From Desulfobacterales bacterium (GTDB taxonomy: Bacteria > Desulfobacterota > Desulfobacteria > Desulfobacterales > UBA5852), in assembly GCA_963674755.2 (NCBI GenBank), contig CAXXVS010000003.1:2432001-2496000 (forward strand): a DNA stretch of 64,000 nt, given 5' to 3'. Of the stretch, positions 10,677 through 21,589 are shown piece after piece; the first letter of the stretch is position 1, and the number at the start of each line of letters is the position of its first letter. Position numbers and translations under genes: made by a program. The notes beneath the pieces are model-generated. The model had not been told where the DNA came from, made no database searches, and saw only the letters and a list, made by a program, of their open reading frames with translations.

Positions 10677-11666
10677 ATGATCTACTGGATGGCCGGCTTG
10701 ATCGTGCTGCTCGTCAAAATGGGCCTCGTGCTCGGGGTGATGCTGTTTCTGGCGGCCTACCTGGTATGGGCGGAGCGCAAGCTCCTGGCACGGCTGCAGA
10801 TCCGGCTGGGCCCCAACCGGGCCGGCATCTTCGGCTTATTGCAGCCGGTGGCCGACGGGATCAAGATGCTCCTCAAGGAAGACGTGGTGCCCGATGCGGC
10901 CGACCGGCCCATTTTCCTGCTGGCGCCGGCCGTGGTGGCCATCACCGCCATGCTGATGTTCGCCGTGGTGCCCTTCGGGGAGAACCTCTATATCGGAGGG
11001 CAGCCGGTGCCCATGGTGATCGCCGACATCAATGTGGGCCTGCTCTATGTTTTCGCGCTTTCGTCCCTGGCGGTCTACGGCGTGGCCCTGGGGGGCTGGG
11101 CTTCCAATTCCAAGTTCGCCCTGCTGGGGGGCATCCGGGGGGCGGCCCAGATGATCAGCTACGAACTGGCCCTGGGGCTCTCCCTGATCCCCATCGTCAT
11201 GCTGGCCCGCTCCTTCAGCCTGGTGGAGATCGTCGACGCCCAGGCGCGCTGTCCGTTCATTCTGCTGCAGCCGGTCTCCTTTGTCATTTTCTTTATCGCC
11301 GCCATGGCCGAGAGCAAGCGCATCCCCTTCGACCTGCCCGAGGCCGAAAACGAGTTGGGGGCCGGCTACCACATGGAATACAGCGGAATGCGCTTCGGCC
11401 TGTTCTTCATCGGCGAATACGTTCACATGCAGGTTCTGGGGGCCCTGGTGGCGGTGTTCTTCCTGGGCGGCTGGCGGGGGCCCTGGCTGCCGGGGCCGGT
11501 CTGGCTGCTGGTCAAGCTGATCCTGGTGGCCCTGGTCATGATCTGGATTAGGGGCACGCTGCCGCGGCTGCGGTATGACCAGCTGATGGCGTTGGGCTGG
11601 AAGGTGCTGGTTCCGGCGGCACTGATCAATATTGTGGCGACCGGGTTTTTTATGTTGTTGATTTAA
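10677..11666 (+). CDS. nuoH: NADH-quinone oxidoreductase subunit H
   Basis: [35 protein letters not shown]. Confidence 0.95.
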   Translation: MIYWMAGLIVLLVKMGLVLGVMLFLAAYLVWAERKLLARLQIRLGPNRAGIFGLLQPVADGIKMLLKEDVVPDAADRPIFLLAPAVVAITAMLMFAVVPFGENLYIGGQPVPMVIADINVGLLYVFALSSLAVYGVALGGWASNSKFALLGGIRGAAQMISYELALGLSLIPIVMLARSFSLVEIVDAQARCPFILLQPVSFVIFFIAAMAESKRIPFDLPEAENELGAGYHMEYSGMRFGLFFIGEYVHMQVLGALVAVFFLGGWRGPWLPGPVWLLVKLILVALVMIWIRGTLPRLRYDQLMALGWKVLVPAALINIVATGFFMLLI

Positions 11667-11682
11667 AGAAAAGGTTGGACTG

Positions 11683-12276
11683 GTGCTGAAGGAAATCGAT
11701 ACCATCGACGTCAGCGAGCAGGAAGAAAGCCGCGGCTGGCGGCAGGCCATAGGGGAGGGGGCCCGGGCGATAGGGGCGGGGCTGGCCCTGACCTTCCGGC
11801 ATTTGTTCCGGCGGCCCATCACCGAGTCCTATCCGGAATACAAGCGGACCCTGCCGGCCCGCTCCCGGGCGCGCATCGTCCTGACCCGGGACCCGGACGG
11901 GGACGAGCGTTGCGTGGCCTGTTATTTGTGTTCGGCCGTCTGTCCGGTGAGTTGCATCTCGATGCAGTCGGCTGCGCGGGAGGACGGCCGGCGCTATGCG
12001 GCCTGGTTCCGCATCAATTTCGGGCGCTGCATCTATTGCGGCCTGTGCGAAGAGGCCTGCCCCACTTCGGCCATCCAGCTGACCCCCGATTTCGAGAACT
12101 GCCGTCGCGACATCCTGGAGATGGTGTTCGAAAAGGAGGACCTGCTGGTGGACCACGGCGGCAAGGACCGCGACACCAATTTCTACCGCCACGCGGGGGT
12201 GGTGAGCCGGCTGGGCGGCAAGGGCGACCATCTTAATGAAGCCCCGCCCGTGAACGTAAAGAGCAATCTGCCCTGA
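11683..12276 (+). CDS. nuoI: NADH-quinone oxidoreductase subunit I
   Basis: [12 protein letters not shown] and [12 protein letters not shown]. Confidence 0.93.
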   Translation: MLKEIDTIDVSEQEESRGWRQAIGEGARAIGAGLALTFRHLFRRPITESYPEYKRTLPARSRARIVLTRDPDGDERCVACYLCSAVCPVSCISMQSAAREDGRRYAAWFRINFGRCIYCGLCEEACPTSAIQLTPDFENCRRDILEMVFEKEDLLVDHGGKDRDTNFYRHAGVVSRLGGKGDHLNEAPPVNVKSNLP

Positions 12277-12315
12277 GGGGCCGGATATAGATGAGATCGT
12301 AAATCGTCAGCTTGA

Positions 12316-12438
12316 GACGGTTTCGTAAAAAGGTTGAGATCAAGGCTTGCGGATCTCGAAGAATGAAGCGTGCTAGACGTACGCTGTAGTGATGAGAGAT
12401 ACGCGTAACGCGGATATCGGGCTTTTTACGAGATCGTC
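12316..12438. mobile_element. MITE-like element between nuoI and nuoJ
   Basis: Terminal inverted repeats GACGGTTTCGTAAAAAG / CTTTTTACGAGATCGTC, non-coding palindromic interior; ends resemble those of the IS at 50139-52028. Confidence 0.65.
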
Positions 12439-12461
12439 ATGACATTAGGAGACAGACGGGC

Positions 12462-12980
12462 ATGACCGTCCTCAGCCTACTCTTTTATCTTCTGGCGCTG
12501 TTGATCGTGGCATCCACCGGGATCGCCGTCACGCGCCGCAACCTGGCCCACGCCGTGGTCTATCTGGTGATTTCGTTTTTCGGCACGGCCATGCTGTTCT
12601 ACCTTCTGGGGGCGCCGCTGCTGGCCGCCCTGGAGGTGATCATCTATGCCGGGGCCATCATGATCCTCTTCCTTTTTATCGTGATGATGATCCGGCTGGA
12701 GCGAATCGAAGGGCCGCTTTTCCCCCGGCGCCAGATGGTGCCGGCCCTGGTGGCGGCGGCCGTCTATCTGGGGGCGGGAATCCTATTGATGGCCTACGGC
12801 GACCCGGCCGGCAACGCCCGGCTGGCGAGTGCCAGCGCGTCCCCGGCCGAGTTCGGGCGTTTTTTGTTCAATCGGCATTGGCTGGCCATCGAGATCGCCT
12901 CCCTGCTGCTGCTGGTGGCGCTGGTCGGTGCCCTGCACATCGGCCGGGAGCCGGCCGATGCCGAGGAGCCGCAACCATGA
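12462..12980 (+). CDS. nuoJ: NADH-quinone oxidoreductase subunit J
   Basis: EVIIYAGAIMILFLF motif, operon position. Confidence 0.93.
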   Translation: MTVLSLLFYLLALLIVASTGIAVTRRNLAHAVVYLVISFFGTAMLFYLLGAPLLAALEVIIYAGAIMILFLFIVMMIRLERIEGPLFPRRQMVPALVAAAVYLGAGILLMAYGDPAGNARLASASASPAEFGRFLFNRHWLAIEIASLLLLVALVGALHIGREPADAEEPQP

Positions 12981-13288
12981 TCGTTCCTTACAGTCATGTT
13001 CTGGCGCTTTCCGGCCTCCTGTTTCTGATAGGGATGGTCACCACCGTGGCCCGCCGCAATCTGATCATGGTGGTGCTGGGGCTCGAGGTGATGCTCAATG
13101 CCGCGGCCGTGGCCTTTGTGGGGGCTTCCCTGCGCTGGGAACTGCTGGACGGCCAGGCCCTGGTAATCTTCATCATCGCCGTGGCAGCCACCGAGGTCTC
13201 CGTGGGGCTGGCCCTGGTGGTGGCGGCTTACCGCAAGACCGGGTCCGTGGACCCGGAACAACTGGAAGAAACGGAAGCGAGCGCCTGA
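12977..13288 (+). CDS. nuoK: NADH-quinone oxidoreductase subunit K
   Basis: RRNLIMVVLGLEVMLN, VAATEVSVGLAL; ATGA overlap with nuoJ. Confidence 0.93.
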   Translation: MIVPYSHVLALSGLLFLIGMVTTVARRNLIMVVLGLEVMLNAAAVAFVGASLRWELLDGQALVIFIIAVAATEVSVGLALVVAAYRKTGSVDPEQLEETEASA

Positions 13289-13289
13289 C

Positions 13290-15185
13290 ATGGCCATTTC
13301 CGGCATACCCTATTCCTTTCTGGTTCCGGCCCTGACCGCGCTGGCGGCCCCCCTGGCGGCCTTTACCCTCATCATGACCCAGCTGCGCCAGCGGGCCCAG
13401 CTGGCGGCCGGTGTTTCCATCGCGGCCGTGAGCCTGTCCTTTGGATGCGCCGTGTGGCTGCTGGCGGCCAATTGGGGCATGACCGCCCCCCTGGAGCACA
13501 CCTGGCAGTGGATGGTGTCGGGCGACCTCACCATCTCGGCCGGCCTGCTGCTGGACCCCCTGAGCCTGCTGATGGCCCTGGTGGTAGCCACGATCTGCCT
13601 CCTAGTGCAGATCTACTCACTGGGGTACATGGCCGGGGATCCGGGCATGGGCCGCTATTACGGTTTCATGTCCCTTTTCGCCTGGGCCATGCTCAGCATG
13701 ACCCTTTCCGTAACCCTGCTCCAGCTCTATATTTTCTGGGAGCTGGTGGGGCTGGCCTCCTATCTCCTGATCGGTTTCTGGTTCGAGAAGTACAGCGCCT
13801 CCCAGGCCGGCAAGAAGGCCTTCGTCATGACGCGCCTGGGGGACGTGGCCTTCCTGCTGGGGATCCTGCTCGTGCTGGGGCATCTCGGCAACCTGAATAT
13901 CCTGTTCATGAACACCCCGGATGTGGCCGCCCGCTTCGCACCGGCCTGGCTGACCCTGGCCGTTTTGCTGATTTTCGGCGGGGTGATCGGCAAAAGCGCC
14001 CAGTTTCCGCTGCTCACCTGGCTGCCGGATGCCATGGAGGGCCCAACCCCGGTCAGCGCCCTGCTGCACTCCGCCACCATGGTGGCGGCCGGCGTCTATC
14101 TTCTCGCGCGTCTGTTTCCCTTTTTCAGCCTTTCGCCCACCGCCATGACGGTCTGCCTGGCCGTGGGCACCATCAGCATGCTGCTGTCTTCCACCATGGC
14201 CATGGTGGCGCGGGACATCAAACAGGTCTGGGCCTATTCCACCATCAGCCAACTGGGGTTCATGATCATGGGGCTGGCGGCCGGCAGCTATTTCGCCGGC
14301 GTTTTTCACCTGACCACGCATGCCGGCTTCAAAGCCCTGCTGTTTTTATGCTCCGGGGTCCTGATCCACCATTTCGGCACCAACGACATGTTCGCCATCA
14401 GCCGCGCGGGGGGGCGCAGCCTGAAAGTGACGATCGTCTGCATGACGATCGCGGCGGGGGCCTTGTCCGGTCTGCCGCCCCTGTCGGGCTTTTTCAGCAA
14501 GGAAGCCATCATGGGGGCCCTGGCCGCCCACAGCAATCCCGTCTGGCTGGGGGCCGGTCTGCTGGGGGCCTTTCTGACGGCCTACTATTCTTTCCGGCTG
14601 ATCTTCGTCCTGCTCTTCCCGGGCCGGGACGACACGCCGGAGGTTGCCCATGACGCCGGACACGGGGCCGCCCCGGCCTGGCACGATCATGTGATGAACG
14701 GTCCGCTGCTGATCCTGGCGGCGGTGACCCTCGGGCTGGGTTGGGCGGAACATCCGTTGAAGGAATTTTTGAGCGGCGTGCTCCCGGAAGGGCTGCCGGC
14801 CGCCCATCACCTGGCCTGGCTGCCCCGGACGGCGATCGGGCTGTGCCTGGGGGGCATCCTGCTGGCCTGGCTGGAGTTCGGCCGACCCCGGGCGCCCAAG
14901 ATCGGTTTTGTGGAACGGATGCCGGCCCTGCACCGCCTGTTCGCCGAACGCTGGTACATCGACCGTTTTTACCGCTGGTTTTTGGACCTGGTGATCTACC
15001 GCCTCGTGGCCGGAACCTGCGAGGCCAACGACCGCAAGGTGATCGACGGCGGGCTGGACGGCCTGGCCAACGGCGTGCAGGGCACGGGGCGCCGCGTGGA
15101 TCGCTTCAACCGGGTGATGATCCAGCAGCGCCTGGGGGTCATGTTCGCCGTGATCTTTTTCCTGGCCTTGTATGTCTTCTTTTAG
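13290..15185 (+). CDS. nuoL: NADH-quinone oxidoreductase subunit L
   Basis: GKSAQFPLLTWLPDAMEGPTPVSALLHSATMV. Confidence 0.95.
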   Translation: MAISGIPYSFLVPALTALAAPLAAFTLIMTQLRQRAQLAAGVSIAAVSLSFGCAVWLLAANWGMTAPLEHTWQWMVSGDLTISAGLLLDPLSLLMALVVATICLLVQIYSLGYMAGDPGMGRYYGFMSLFAWAMLSMTLSVTLLQLYIFWELVGLASYLLIGFWFEKYSASQAGKKAFVMTRLGDVAFLLGILLVLGHLGNLNILFMNTPDVAARFAPAWLTLAVLLIFGGVIGKSAQFPLLTWLPDAMEGPTPVSALLHSATMVAAGVYLLARLFPFFSLSPTAMTVCLAVGTISMLLSSTMAMVARDIKQVWAYSTISQLGFMIMGLAAGSYFAGVFHLTTHAGFKALLFLCSGVLIHHFGTNDMFAISRAGGRSLKVTIVCMTIAAGALSGLPPLSGFFSKEAIMGALAAHSNPVWLGAGLLGAFLTAYYSFRLIFVLLFPGRDDTPEVAHDAGHGAAPAWHDHVMNGPLLILAAVTLGLGWAEHPLKEFLSGVLPEGLPAAHHLAWLPRTAIGLCLGGILLAWLEFGRPRAPKIGFVERMPALHRLFAERWYIDRFYRWFLDLVIYRLVAGTCEANDRKVIDGGLDGLANGVQGTGRRVDRFNRVMIQQRLGVMFAVIFFLALYVFF

Positions 15186-15236
15186 AACGGCCGCCGGCCT
15201 GCGGCTTCGGCGGCCGGTGGTGGGACGCGATAGGTT

Positions 15237-16715
15237 ATGAATTTGCAATACGCCCAGTTTCCCTGGCTGTCCTCGATGCTGCTGTGCTGCCTCGGCGGTC
15301 TGGTGACCATCATGCTCATCCCGGGGCATCGGGAAAAGGAGATCAAATGGGTCAGCGCCTTTTATTCGGGACTGACCCTGGTGCTCTCCCTGAACGTGTT
15401 CGTGCTCTACGACAAGAGCGTCGGGGGATTTCAGTTCGTGGAGCGCGTGGACTGGGTTCGCTCGCTGGGCATTTCCTATTTCAACGGGGTGGACGGCTTC
15501 AGCGTGCCCCTGCTGTTGCTGACCGGCATCGTTTTTTTTACGGCGGTGCTGACCATGTGGGAGCTGACGCTGCGGGTCAAGGAATTTTTCGCCCTGCTGT
15601 TTCTCCTGGTGGCCGGCGTGTTCGGGCTTTTCATGAGCCTGGACCTCTTTTTCATCTTCGTCTGGTATGACGTCTCCCTGTTTCCCATGTACCTCCTGAT
15701 CGCCATCTGGGGCAGCACCCGCAAGGAATACGGGGCCATGAAGCTGACCCTCTATCTCCTGGCGGGCAGCGCCCTGATCCTGCCGGCCCTGATCTACCTG
15801 GTGGTGCATTCCGGGCTGCAGACCTTCGACCTGACGGCCCTCATGCGCCCCGGCCTGTTCACGCCCTATGAGCAGAAGTTCGCCTTCCTGCTCTTTTTCA
15901 TCGGCTTCGGCATTCTGGCCGGCGTGTGGCCCTTCCACACCTGGTCGCCGGTGGGCCATGTGGCCGCCCCCACCGCGGTCAGCATGATCCACGCCGGCGT
16001 TCTCATGAAGATCGGCGCCTTCGGTGTGCTGCGCCTGGGCATGTTCATGTGCCCCGCCGGCTGGGAATACTGGGCGCCCCTGATGGCGCTGCTGGCCACC
16101 GTCGGCATCGTTTACGGCGTGTTCGTGGGGCTGCGCCAGACGGACATCAAATACGTGATCGGCTATTCGAGCGTCTCCCACATGGGCATCGTGGGGCTGG
16201 GCCTGGCCACGGTGAGCGTGGAGGGCCTGAACGGCGCCGTGTTCCAGATGTTCGCCCACGGGATCATGACGGCCCTTTTCTTCTCGTCGGTGGGCTACAT
16301 TTACGACCGCACCCATACCAAGGCCATCGACGAACTGGGGGGGCTCAGCCATATCATGCCGAAAGCCTCGGGCTACCTGATTCTGGCGGCCCTGACCGGG
16401 ATCGGGGTGCCCTGCCTGGCCAGCTTCTGGGCGGAGCTGACCGTTTTTATCGCTGCTTTCCGGGTCTACCCGGTCTACGGGGTGCTGGCGGTGTGCGCCC
16501 TGGTGGTGAGCGCCCTGTTCATGCTGCGGGTGGTTCAGCGCACCTGTTACGGGCCGCCCAATGAACGCTTCGCCCACCTGGAAGACGTTTCTTTCACACT
16601 GGGACTGCCCCGCATGATTCTGGTGACGGTCATTTTCTTCTTCGGCCTGTTTCCGTCGCTGATGTTCGACATGATTCAAACCGCCTCGCTACCGCTTTTG
16701 AACGGATTGCCATGA
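15237..16715 (+). CDS. nuoM: NADH-quinone oxidoreductase subunit M
   Basis: Antiporter-like subunit, WPFHTWSP...HVAAPT, YSSVSHMG; operon position. Confidence 0.92.
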   Translation: MNLQYAQFPWLSSMLLCCLGGLVTIMLIPGHREKEIKWVSAFYSGLTLVLSLNVFVLYDKSVGGFQFVERVDWVRSLGISYFNGVDGFSVPLLLLTGIVFFTAVLTMWELTLRVKEFFALLFLLVAGVFGLFMSLDLFFIFVWYDVSLFPMYLLIAIWGSTRKEYGAMKLTLYLLAGSALILPALIYLVVHSGLQTFDLTALMRPGLFTPYEQKFAFLLFFIGFGILAGVWPFHTWSPVGHVAAPTAVSMIHAGVLMKIGAFGVLRLGMFMCPAGWEYWAPLMALLATVGIVYGVFVGLRQTDIKYVIGYSSVSHMGIVGLGLATVSVEGLNGAVFQMFAHGIMTALFFSSVGYIYDRTHTKAIDELGGLSHIMPKASGYLILAALTGIGVPCLASFWAELTVFIAAFRVYPVYGVLAVCALVVSALFMLRVVQRTCYGPPNERFAHLEDVSFTLGLPRMILVTVIFFFGLFPSLMFDMIQTASLPLLNGLP

Positions 16716-18124
16716 TGAACTGGATTGCCTTGAGCCCTGAACTCTGGATGCTGGCCACCATCGGTGTGTTCCTGGGCCGGTCCATGATGCGCCCGGATGC
16801 GGGCCGGGATCACCTGCTGGCCCTGGTGACATCGGCCGTGGCCCTGGGGGTCGCCCTGGCCGGAACGGGCTTCAGCGGGGAGCTCTTCGCGGGCACCTAT
16901 CGGGTCGATCTGTTCTCCCAGTTCTACAAATGCCTTCTGGCGGCCGGCTTCTTCCTGGTGGTCTGCCTGTGCGACGGGATGCAAGGGGTGCGGGAAGACC
17001 TCCAGGCCGAGTTCTACCTGCTGCTGGCCGTGTGCACCCTGGCCATGATGATGCTGGTGTCCAGCGTGCACCTGCTGACGCTCTACATCACCCTGGAGCT
17101 GTCCTCCTACAGCCTCTATATCCTGGTGTCCCTGCGCCGGGACCGGGCGCGCGGGATCCGGGCGGGGCTCAAATATTTTCTGGTGGGGGCCGCGGCCTCG
17201 GCCGTCATGCTGTTCGGCCTGGCCCTGGTCTACGGCACCACCGGCACGGCCTATCTCATCGACCTGCTGGCCGCACTGCCGGTCCAGACGGGACAGCCGG
17301 CCTTCAGCATCGGGCTGCTCCTGCTGCTGGGCGGTTTTTTCTTCAAACTGGCGATCTTTCCTTTTCACGTCTGGGCGCCGGATGTCTATGAAGGGGCGGC
17401 CAACCCGGTGGCGGCCTATATCGCCACGGCCTCCAAAGTGGCCGCCGTGGGGATTCTGGTGCGCCTGGCGGTCCTGGGCACCACCGCTTATTTCGTCCAT
17501 GTCCTGGCGGTGCTGGCCATCGCTTCCATGACCATCGGGAACCTGGCGGCCATCACCCAGACCGATTTCAAGCGGCTGCTGGCCTATTCCAGCGTGGCCC
17601 AGGGCGGCTATATTCTGATCGGTATCCTGAGCATGGATCCGGCCGGTTACGCGGCGGCCACCTTCTATGCGTTCGCCGTGCTGGTCATGAAATTCACCTG
17701 CTTCATGGTGGTGGTGCAGGTGGCGGTCGGGGACAAAAACCCGACCATTGAGGATCTGGCCGGTCTGCACCGCCATGCCCCCGTGATGGCCATGGCTCTC
17801 ATGATGGCCCTTTTCGGCCTGGGCGGCATCCCCCCCACGATCGGCTTTACCGGCAAGCTGCTGCTCTTCACGGCCGCTATGGCCAAGGGCCATTTCACCC
17901 TGGTCCTGATTGCCATGATCAATGTGGTGATCTCCCTCTATTATTACCTGAAGGTCCTGCGGGCGGCCTATTTTCTCGAACCGTCGCCGGACGCCCCCCA
18001 TGTGCAGGAGACCCTGCCCATGAAAGCCTTGTCCCTCGCCATGATCGCCGCGATGGTGGTGATCGGTTTCTATCCCAACCACCTGATCGAACTGACCCGC
18101 CGCGCGGCAGCCCTGATTTCCTGA
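16712..18124 (+). CDS. nuoN: NADH-quinone oxidoreductase subunit N
   Basis: FKLAIFPFHVWAPDVYEGA, KRLLAYSSVAQGGY. Confidence 0.93.
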   Translation: MMNWIALSPELWMLATIGVFLGRSMMRPDAGRDHLLALVTSAVALGVALAGTGFSGELFAGTYRVDLFSQFYKCLLAAGFFLVVCLCDGMQGVREDLQAEFYLLLAVCTLAMMMLVSSVHLLTLYITLELSSYSLYILVSLRRDRARGIRAGLKYFLVGAAASAVMLFGLALVYGTTGTAYLIDLLAALPVQTGQPAFSIGLLLLLGGFFFKLAIFPFHVWAPDVYEGAANPVAAYIATASKVAAVGILVRLAVLGTTAYFVHVLAVLAIASMTIGNLAAITQTDFKRLLAYSSVAQGGYILIGILSMDPAGYAAATFYAFAVLVMKFTCFMVVVQVAVGDKNPTIEDLAGLHRHAPVMAMALMMALFGLGGIPPTIGFTGKLLLFTAAMAKGHFTLVLIAMINVVISLYYYLKVLRAAYFLEPSPDAPHVQETLPMKALSLAMIAAMVVIGFYPNHLIELTRRAAALIS

Positions 18125-18300
18125 AGCCGTCATCCTGAAAAGGCGACCGGGCGGCTACCCCCGCCATGCCAATCCCCGGGCACCTTTGACAAGAATGGAC
18201 TTCGTTCTTACAAATGATTAAAGGGCGATCGTTAGTGGCGGATAACGAAGGACCGCCAACGCATTCCGCCCCATGTCTTTTGCCAACAGGAGCGCCGCTG

Positions 18301-18690
18301 ATGGAACTATCCGAATATTTCGAAAAAGCCAAAGGCCTCGGCGTGCTGGCGACGGTCAACGGATGCGGTCATGTGGATACGGCCCTATACAGCCGTCCCC
18401 ACTTCATGGAGGACGGCACAGTCGCCTTCGTCATGAAGAACAGGCTGTCCCACGCCAACCTTCAGGCCAACCCGTTTGCCAGCTATCTCTTTGTGGAGAA
18501 GGGCTCCGGCTATCAAGGCAAACGGCTGTATCTGCGCAAAGTCGGGGAAGAGCAGGAAACCGAACGGCTATACCATCTCCGGCGCCGCCAGGCGCCGCCG
18601 GATGTCGATCCCCGTGATACCCCCCGCTTTCTGGTGTTCTTCGAATTGGAGCAGGTGCGCCCGCTGGTGGGCGACGGCGAATACGCCTGA
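18301..18690 (+). CDS. Pyridoxamine 5'-phosphate oxidase-like FMN-binding protein
   Basis: AGGAG RBS before ATG 18301; GVLATV...VDTALYSRPH...LSHANLQANPFA split-barrel pattern. Confidence 0.75.
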   Translation: MELSEYFEKAKGLGVLATVNGCGHVDTALYSRPHFMEDGTVAFVMKNRLSHANLQANPFASYLFVEKGSGYQGKRLYLRKVGEEQETERLYHLRRRQAPPDVDPRDTPRFLVFFELEQVRPLVGDGEYA

Positions 18691-19089
18691 AGGATGGATC
18701 GCCCGCAGGGAACGCCTCGGCCGGCGGTCGAAACGCTTTTCGGCGCATGCCGTTCCCCATCAGGTTGTGCAAGCATTTGCCGGCATCGACCCGCCGGTAT
18801 ATTGTCGGTGGGCAGGTTGTGCTTTGGGGATTCCCTCTGCCGTCCGATCCACCGCCTTACCGGCCGGCTCCCGGCGATGCCCAAGCGCCGCAGCCTTTAA
18901 GCCGGCTTGCGACTTGTCGCTCTGCAAATTTCCGATACACGTTGTCACGACCTGGACTACGTTGTTTAGCCGGACCGAATACAGGATGGGCCCTATAGCA
19001 TTTGGAACGCGTCTATTTTATCGATGAGGATCGTGATAAGGGTGGGGCTACCGCAAACTCATTTCGATAAAGGAGTCGTTTGAATCCCG

Positions 19090-20787
19090 ATGGGTTCGGG
19101 CCGTTCCGCAATGCCGCATGCCGCTTTGCCACGCCAGATTTGCGCCGCACTTCAGCACCATCAGCAGGAAGAATTTGATAAGGCTCGCCACGAATATCTG
19201 AACGCCCTGGCGACCGGACCGCGGAATCCCCGTCTGACTTACCTGTTGACCTGCCTGGAAATCCATTCCGGCAACATCGAATCCGCCAAAGCCTGGTTTC
19301 GCAGGGGGGTGCGCCGGGATATCGGCACCGGCGGCCCCCCTTCGCCCACCGCTATCGATGTCCCAGCGGCCTTCCAGGAGGCCCTGCATGCCGACCCCCG
19401 ACCGGTTGTCATCTGCCGCGAGTTGAGCTTGAACCTCCCTTCCCGGGCAGAATTCCAGCCCATCCTGGTGGCGCTGAAAGCCTGGTTGAAGTTTGCTCCC
19501 AAAGATACAACCGCGCTGGAGCGCTTTGCCGACCTGGCCGGTCGATTAGGGGATCATGTCCTGGCGGCCGCTTTGCTGCAACAGGCCCAGCGCCTCGATC
19601 CCGCCAACGCCGTTCTCCCCTTCAAACGCGGCAATGCCCTCAACGAGCGGGGTGAACTTCGCCAAGCCCTTGCGGCGTATGATGAGGCGGTGCGCATCGA
19701 TAGCGGCTTGTGGGCCGCGCATGTCAACACGGCCGCAACGCTTCAGAAGATCGGCCGCACGGCCGCTGCTGAGCACCGCCTCCGGAAAGTGCTGACGGAC
19801 CACCCCCGCCATCCGGACGCCCTGTACACCCTGGCGGAGATTCTTTTCCAGGACGGACGCCTCCAGGAAGCCGTCCGGTATTATGGGGAAACAGTGGCGG
19901 CCGTCCCGGAGCATGCCGCAGCCTGGCTGCATCAGGCCCACGCCTGGAAGCGCCTGGGGCTGACCCGCAAAGCGGTCCAGGCTTATCGGCAGGCGGCGGC
20001 CCTGCTGCCCGACCGGCCGGATATCCATTTCAACCTGGGGGCCGCCCTCCACGGACTGAAGGATTTCCAAGGGGCCGAGGAGGCCCTGGTCCGCGCTGAA
20101 GCCCTCGATCCGGACGATCCCGCCACGGGCTATTTGCTGAAGGCCGTGCGACAGGAAACGGTTTCACACGCCCCGCGCGCCTATGTCGAAGCCCTTTTCG
20201 ATCGGTATGCGGCCTCCTTCGACCGTCACATGAAAGGCCTTTTGCAGTACCGCATTCCGAAATACCTGCGCCGGCATCTCAAGCCGCACGCCAAACAGCG
20301 CGGCGGCTTCGGCCATATGCTGGATGTGGGCTGCGGGACGGGCCTGGCCGGCGCGGCCCTACGGGATATGGTCCGGCACATGACCGGGGTGGATGTCGCC
20401 CGCCCTATTTTGGAACGCGCGGCGCGCAAGAAGATATACGATCACCTGGTCCGGGACGACTTCCGGCATTATCTGGCCGCTGTTTCGGAAAGGTTTGAGC
20501 TTGTTGTGGCGGCGGATGTCTTTATCTACACGGGAGATTTGGATCCGGTGCTGGCCCTGATCCGGAAGCGCTTGTCGCCTAAAGGTTGCCTGGCGTTTTC
20601 GGTCGAAAAGGATACGGCGGGCGAGTTCCGTCTGCAGCGTTCCGGCCGCTTCGCCCATTCCCGGGACTACATTGTCCGGTTGGCGGATAAACACGGCTAT
20701 ATCATTGAAACCGCCCGCCCAGTGCCTGTGCGCATGGAAAACAACCAGTGGGTCGGCGGCCTCCTGTTCGTGATGACGGTCGGTTAG
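19090..20787 (+). CDS. TPR-repeat protein with C-terminal class I SAM-dependent methyltransferase
   Basis: Multiple TPRs, then YVEALFDRYA, MLDVGCGTGLAG, ADVFIYTG, SGRFAHS. Confidence 0.85.
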   Translation: MGSGRSAMPHAALPRQICAALQHHQQEEFDKARHEYLNALATGPRNPRLTYLLTCLEIHSGNIESAKAWFRRGVRRDIGTGGPPSPTAIDVPAAFQEALHADPRPVVICRELSLNLPSRAEFQPILVALKAWLKFAPKDTTALERFADLAGRLGDHVLAAALLQQAQRLDPANAVLPFKRGNALNERGELRQALAAYDEAVRIDSGLWAAHVNTAATLQKIGRTAAAEHRLRKVLTDHPRHPDALYTLAEILFQDGRLQEAVRYYGETVAAVPEHAAAWLHQAHAWKRLGLTRKAVQAYRQAAALLPDRPDIHFNLGAALHGLKDFQGAEEALVRAEALDPDDPATGYLLKAVRQETVSHAPRAYVEALFDRYAASFDRHMKGLLQYRIPKYLRRHLKPHAKQRGGFGHMLDVGCGTGLAGAALRDMVRHMTGVDVARPILERAARKKIYDHLVRDDFRHYLAAVSERFELVVAADVFIYTGDLDPVLALIRKRLSPKGCLAFSVEKDTAGEFRLQRSGRFAHSRDYIVRLADKHGYIIETARPVPVRMENNQWVGGLLFVMTVG

Positions 20788-20797
20788 GGGGGCAGCA

Positions 20798-20980
20798 TCA
20801 GGAGACAGGCTCGCCGAGGGCTTCGAGCCGCTTGCGGGCCGCCTCGACGACCCGCGGGTCATCGTCGTTTGCGATCACCTGCTGGAGCAGTTCAGTATTC
20901 TCTTCGCTCTGGACGGCTCCGATACGGACCTCCGGATTCGAATGGGCGATTTTGGGCAGAAAAAAGTCGCGGAACTTCAT
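20798..20980 (-). CDS. Small HEAT-like repeat hypothetical protein
   Basis: GGAGG RBS; SNPEVRIGAV...DDDPRVVEAARKRL. Confidence 0.65.
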   Translation of the reverse strand: MKFRDFFLPKIAHSNPEVRIGAVQSEENTELLQQVIANDDDPRVVEAARKRLEALGEPVS

Positions 20981-21036
20981 AGGCTTCCTCCTTGTCGGCA
21001 GTTATGGCGGCCATACCGGCCGATGGGGCCGGCGAC

Positions 21037-21384
21037 CTAAGCGGCCATTTCTTCCAGACGGGCCAAGGCCTTTTCCCGGATGTCGGTATCGGGATCCTCC
21101 CTGGCGATCTGGCTGAGCAATTCGGTACTTTTCATTTGCGCGATGGCGTTGAGGCGCACCTCGGTGACCGTTTTTCTGCCGGGCTGCAGTTGGCCTCGTG
21201 TGGCTTTGATCCAGAAATAGATGCCGAAGAATAGAAAAACGATGGCCAGGGCCATCAGAAAATAGACACCGGGCGGTTCCGTTTGCAGAAAGGGAAATTC
21301 CAGGATGCTGGCCCCCAGGAAGAGTGCGCCGGTGGCCGCAATGGCCGTGGCGATCAACTGGGGGTGCCGTTCCAAAAGTTTCAT
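21037..21384 (-). CDS. Small 2-TM membrane protein with HEAT-like C-terminus
   Basis: GGAGGAG RBS; C-terminus EVRLNAI...EDPDTDIREKALARL resembles the downstream small protein. Confidence 0.7.
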   Translation of the reverse strand: MKLLERHPQLIATAIAATGALFLGASILEFPFLQTEPPGVYFLMALAIVFLFFGIYFWIKATRGQLQPGRKTVTEVRLNAIAQMKSTELLSQIAREDPDTDIREKALARLEEMAA

Positions 21385-21589
21385 CGCTCCTCCCTTCTTT
21401 GTTACAGCATGGCGCTTTGCGTCTCTGAATTCCATATTAACGGAGCTTGCCGGTTGCGGAAATGGAGTCCATTATGTAGAGGACTTCATTAAAGGGAGTA
21501 GATTTCTGGGCTCCGTATGGCGGAACCAGGCCGTGCGCCATTGTCGCCGCCATCGGGCGCGAGCAGGCTTAGGAAAGCAAAACCACACC

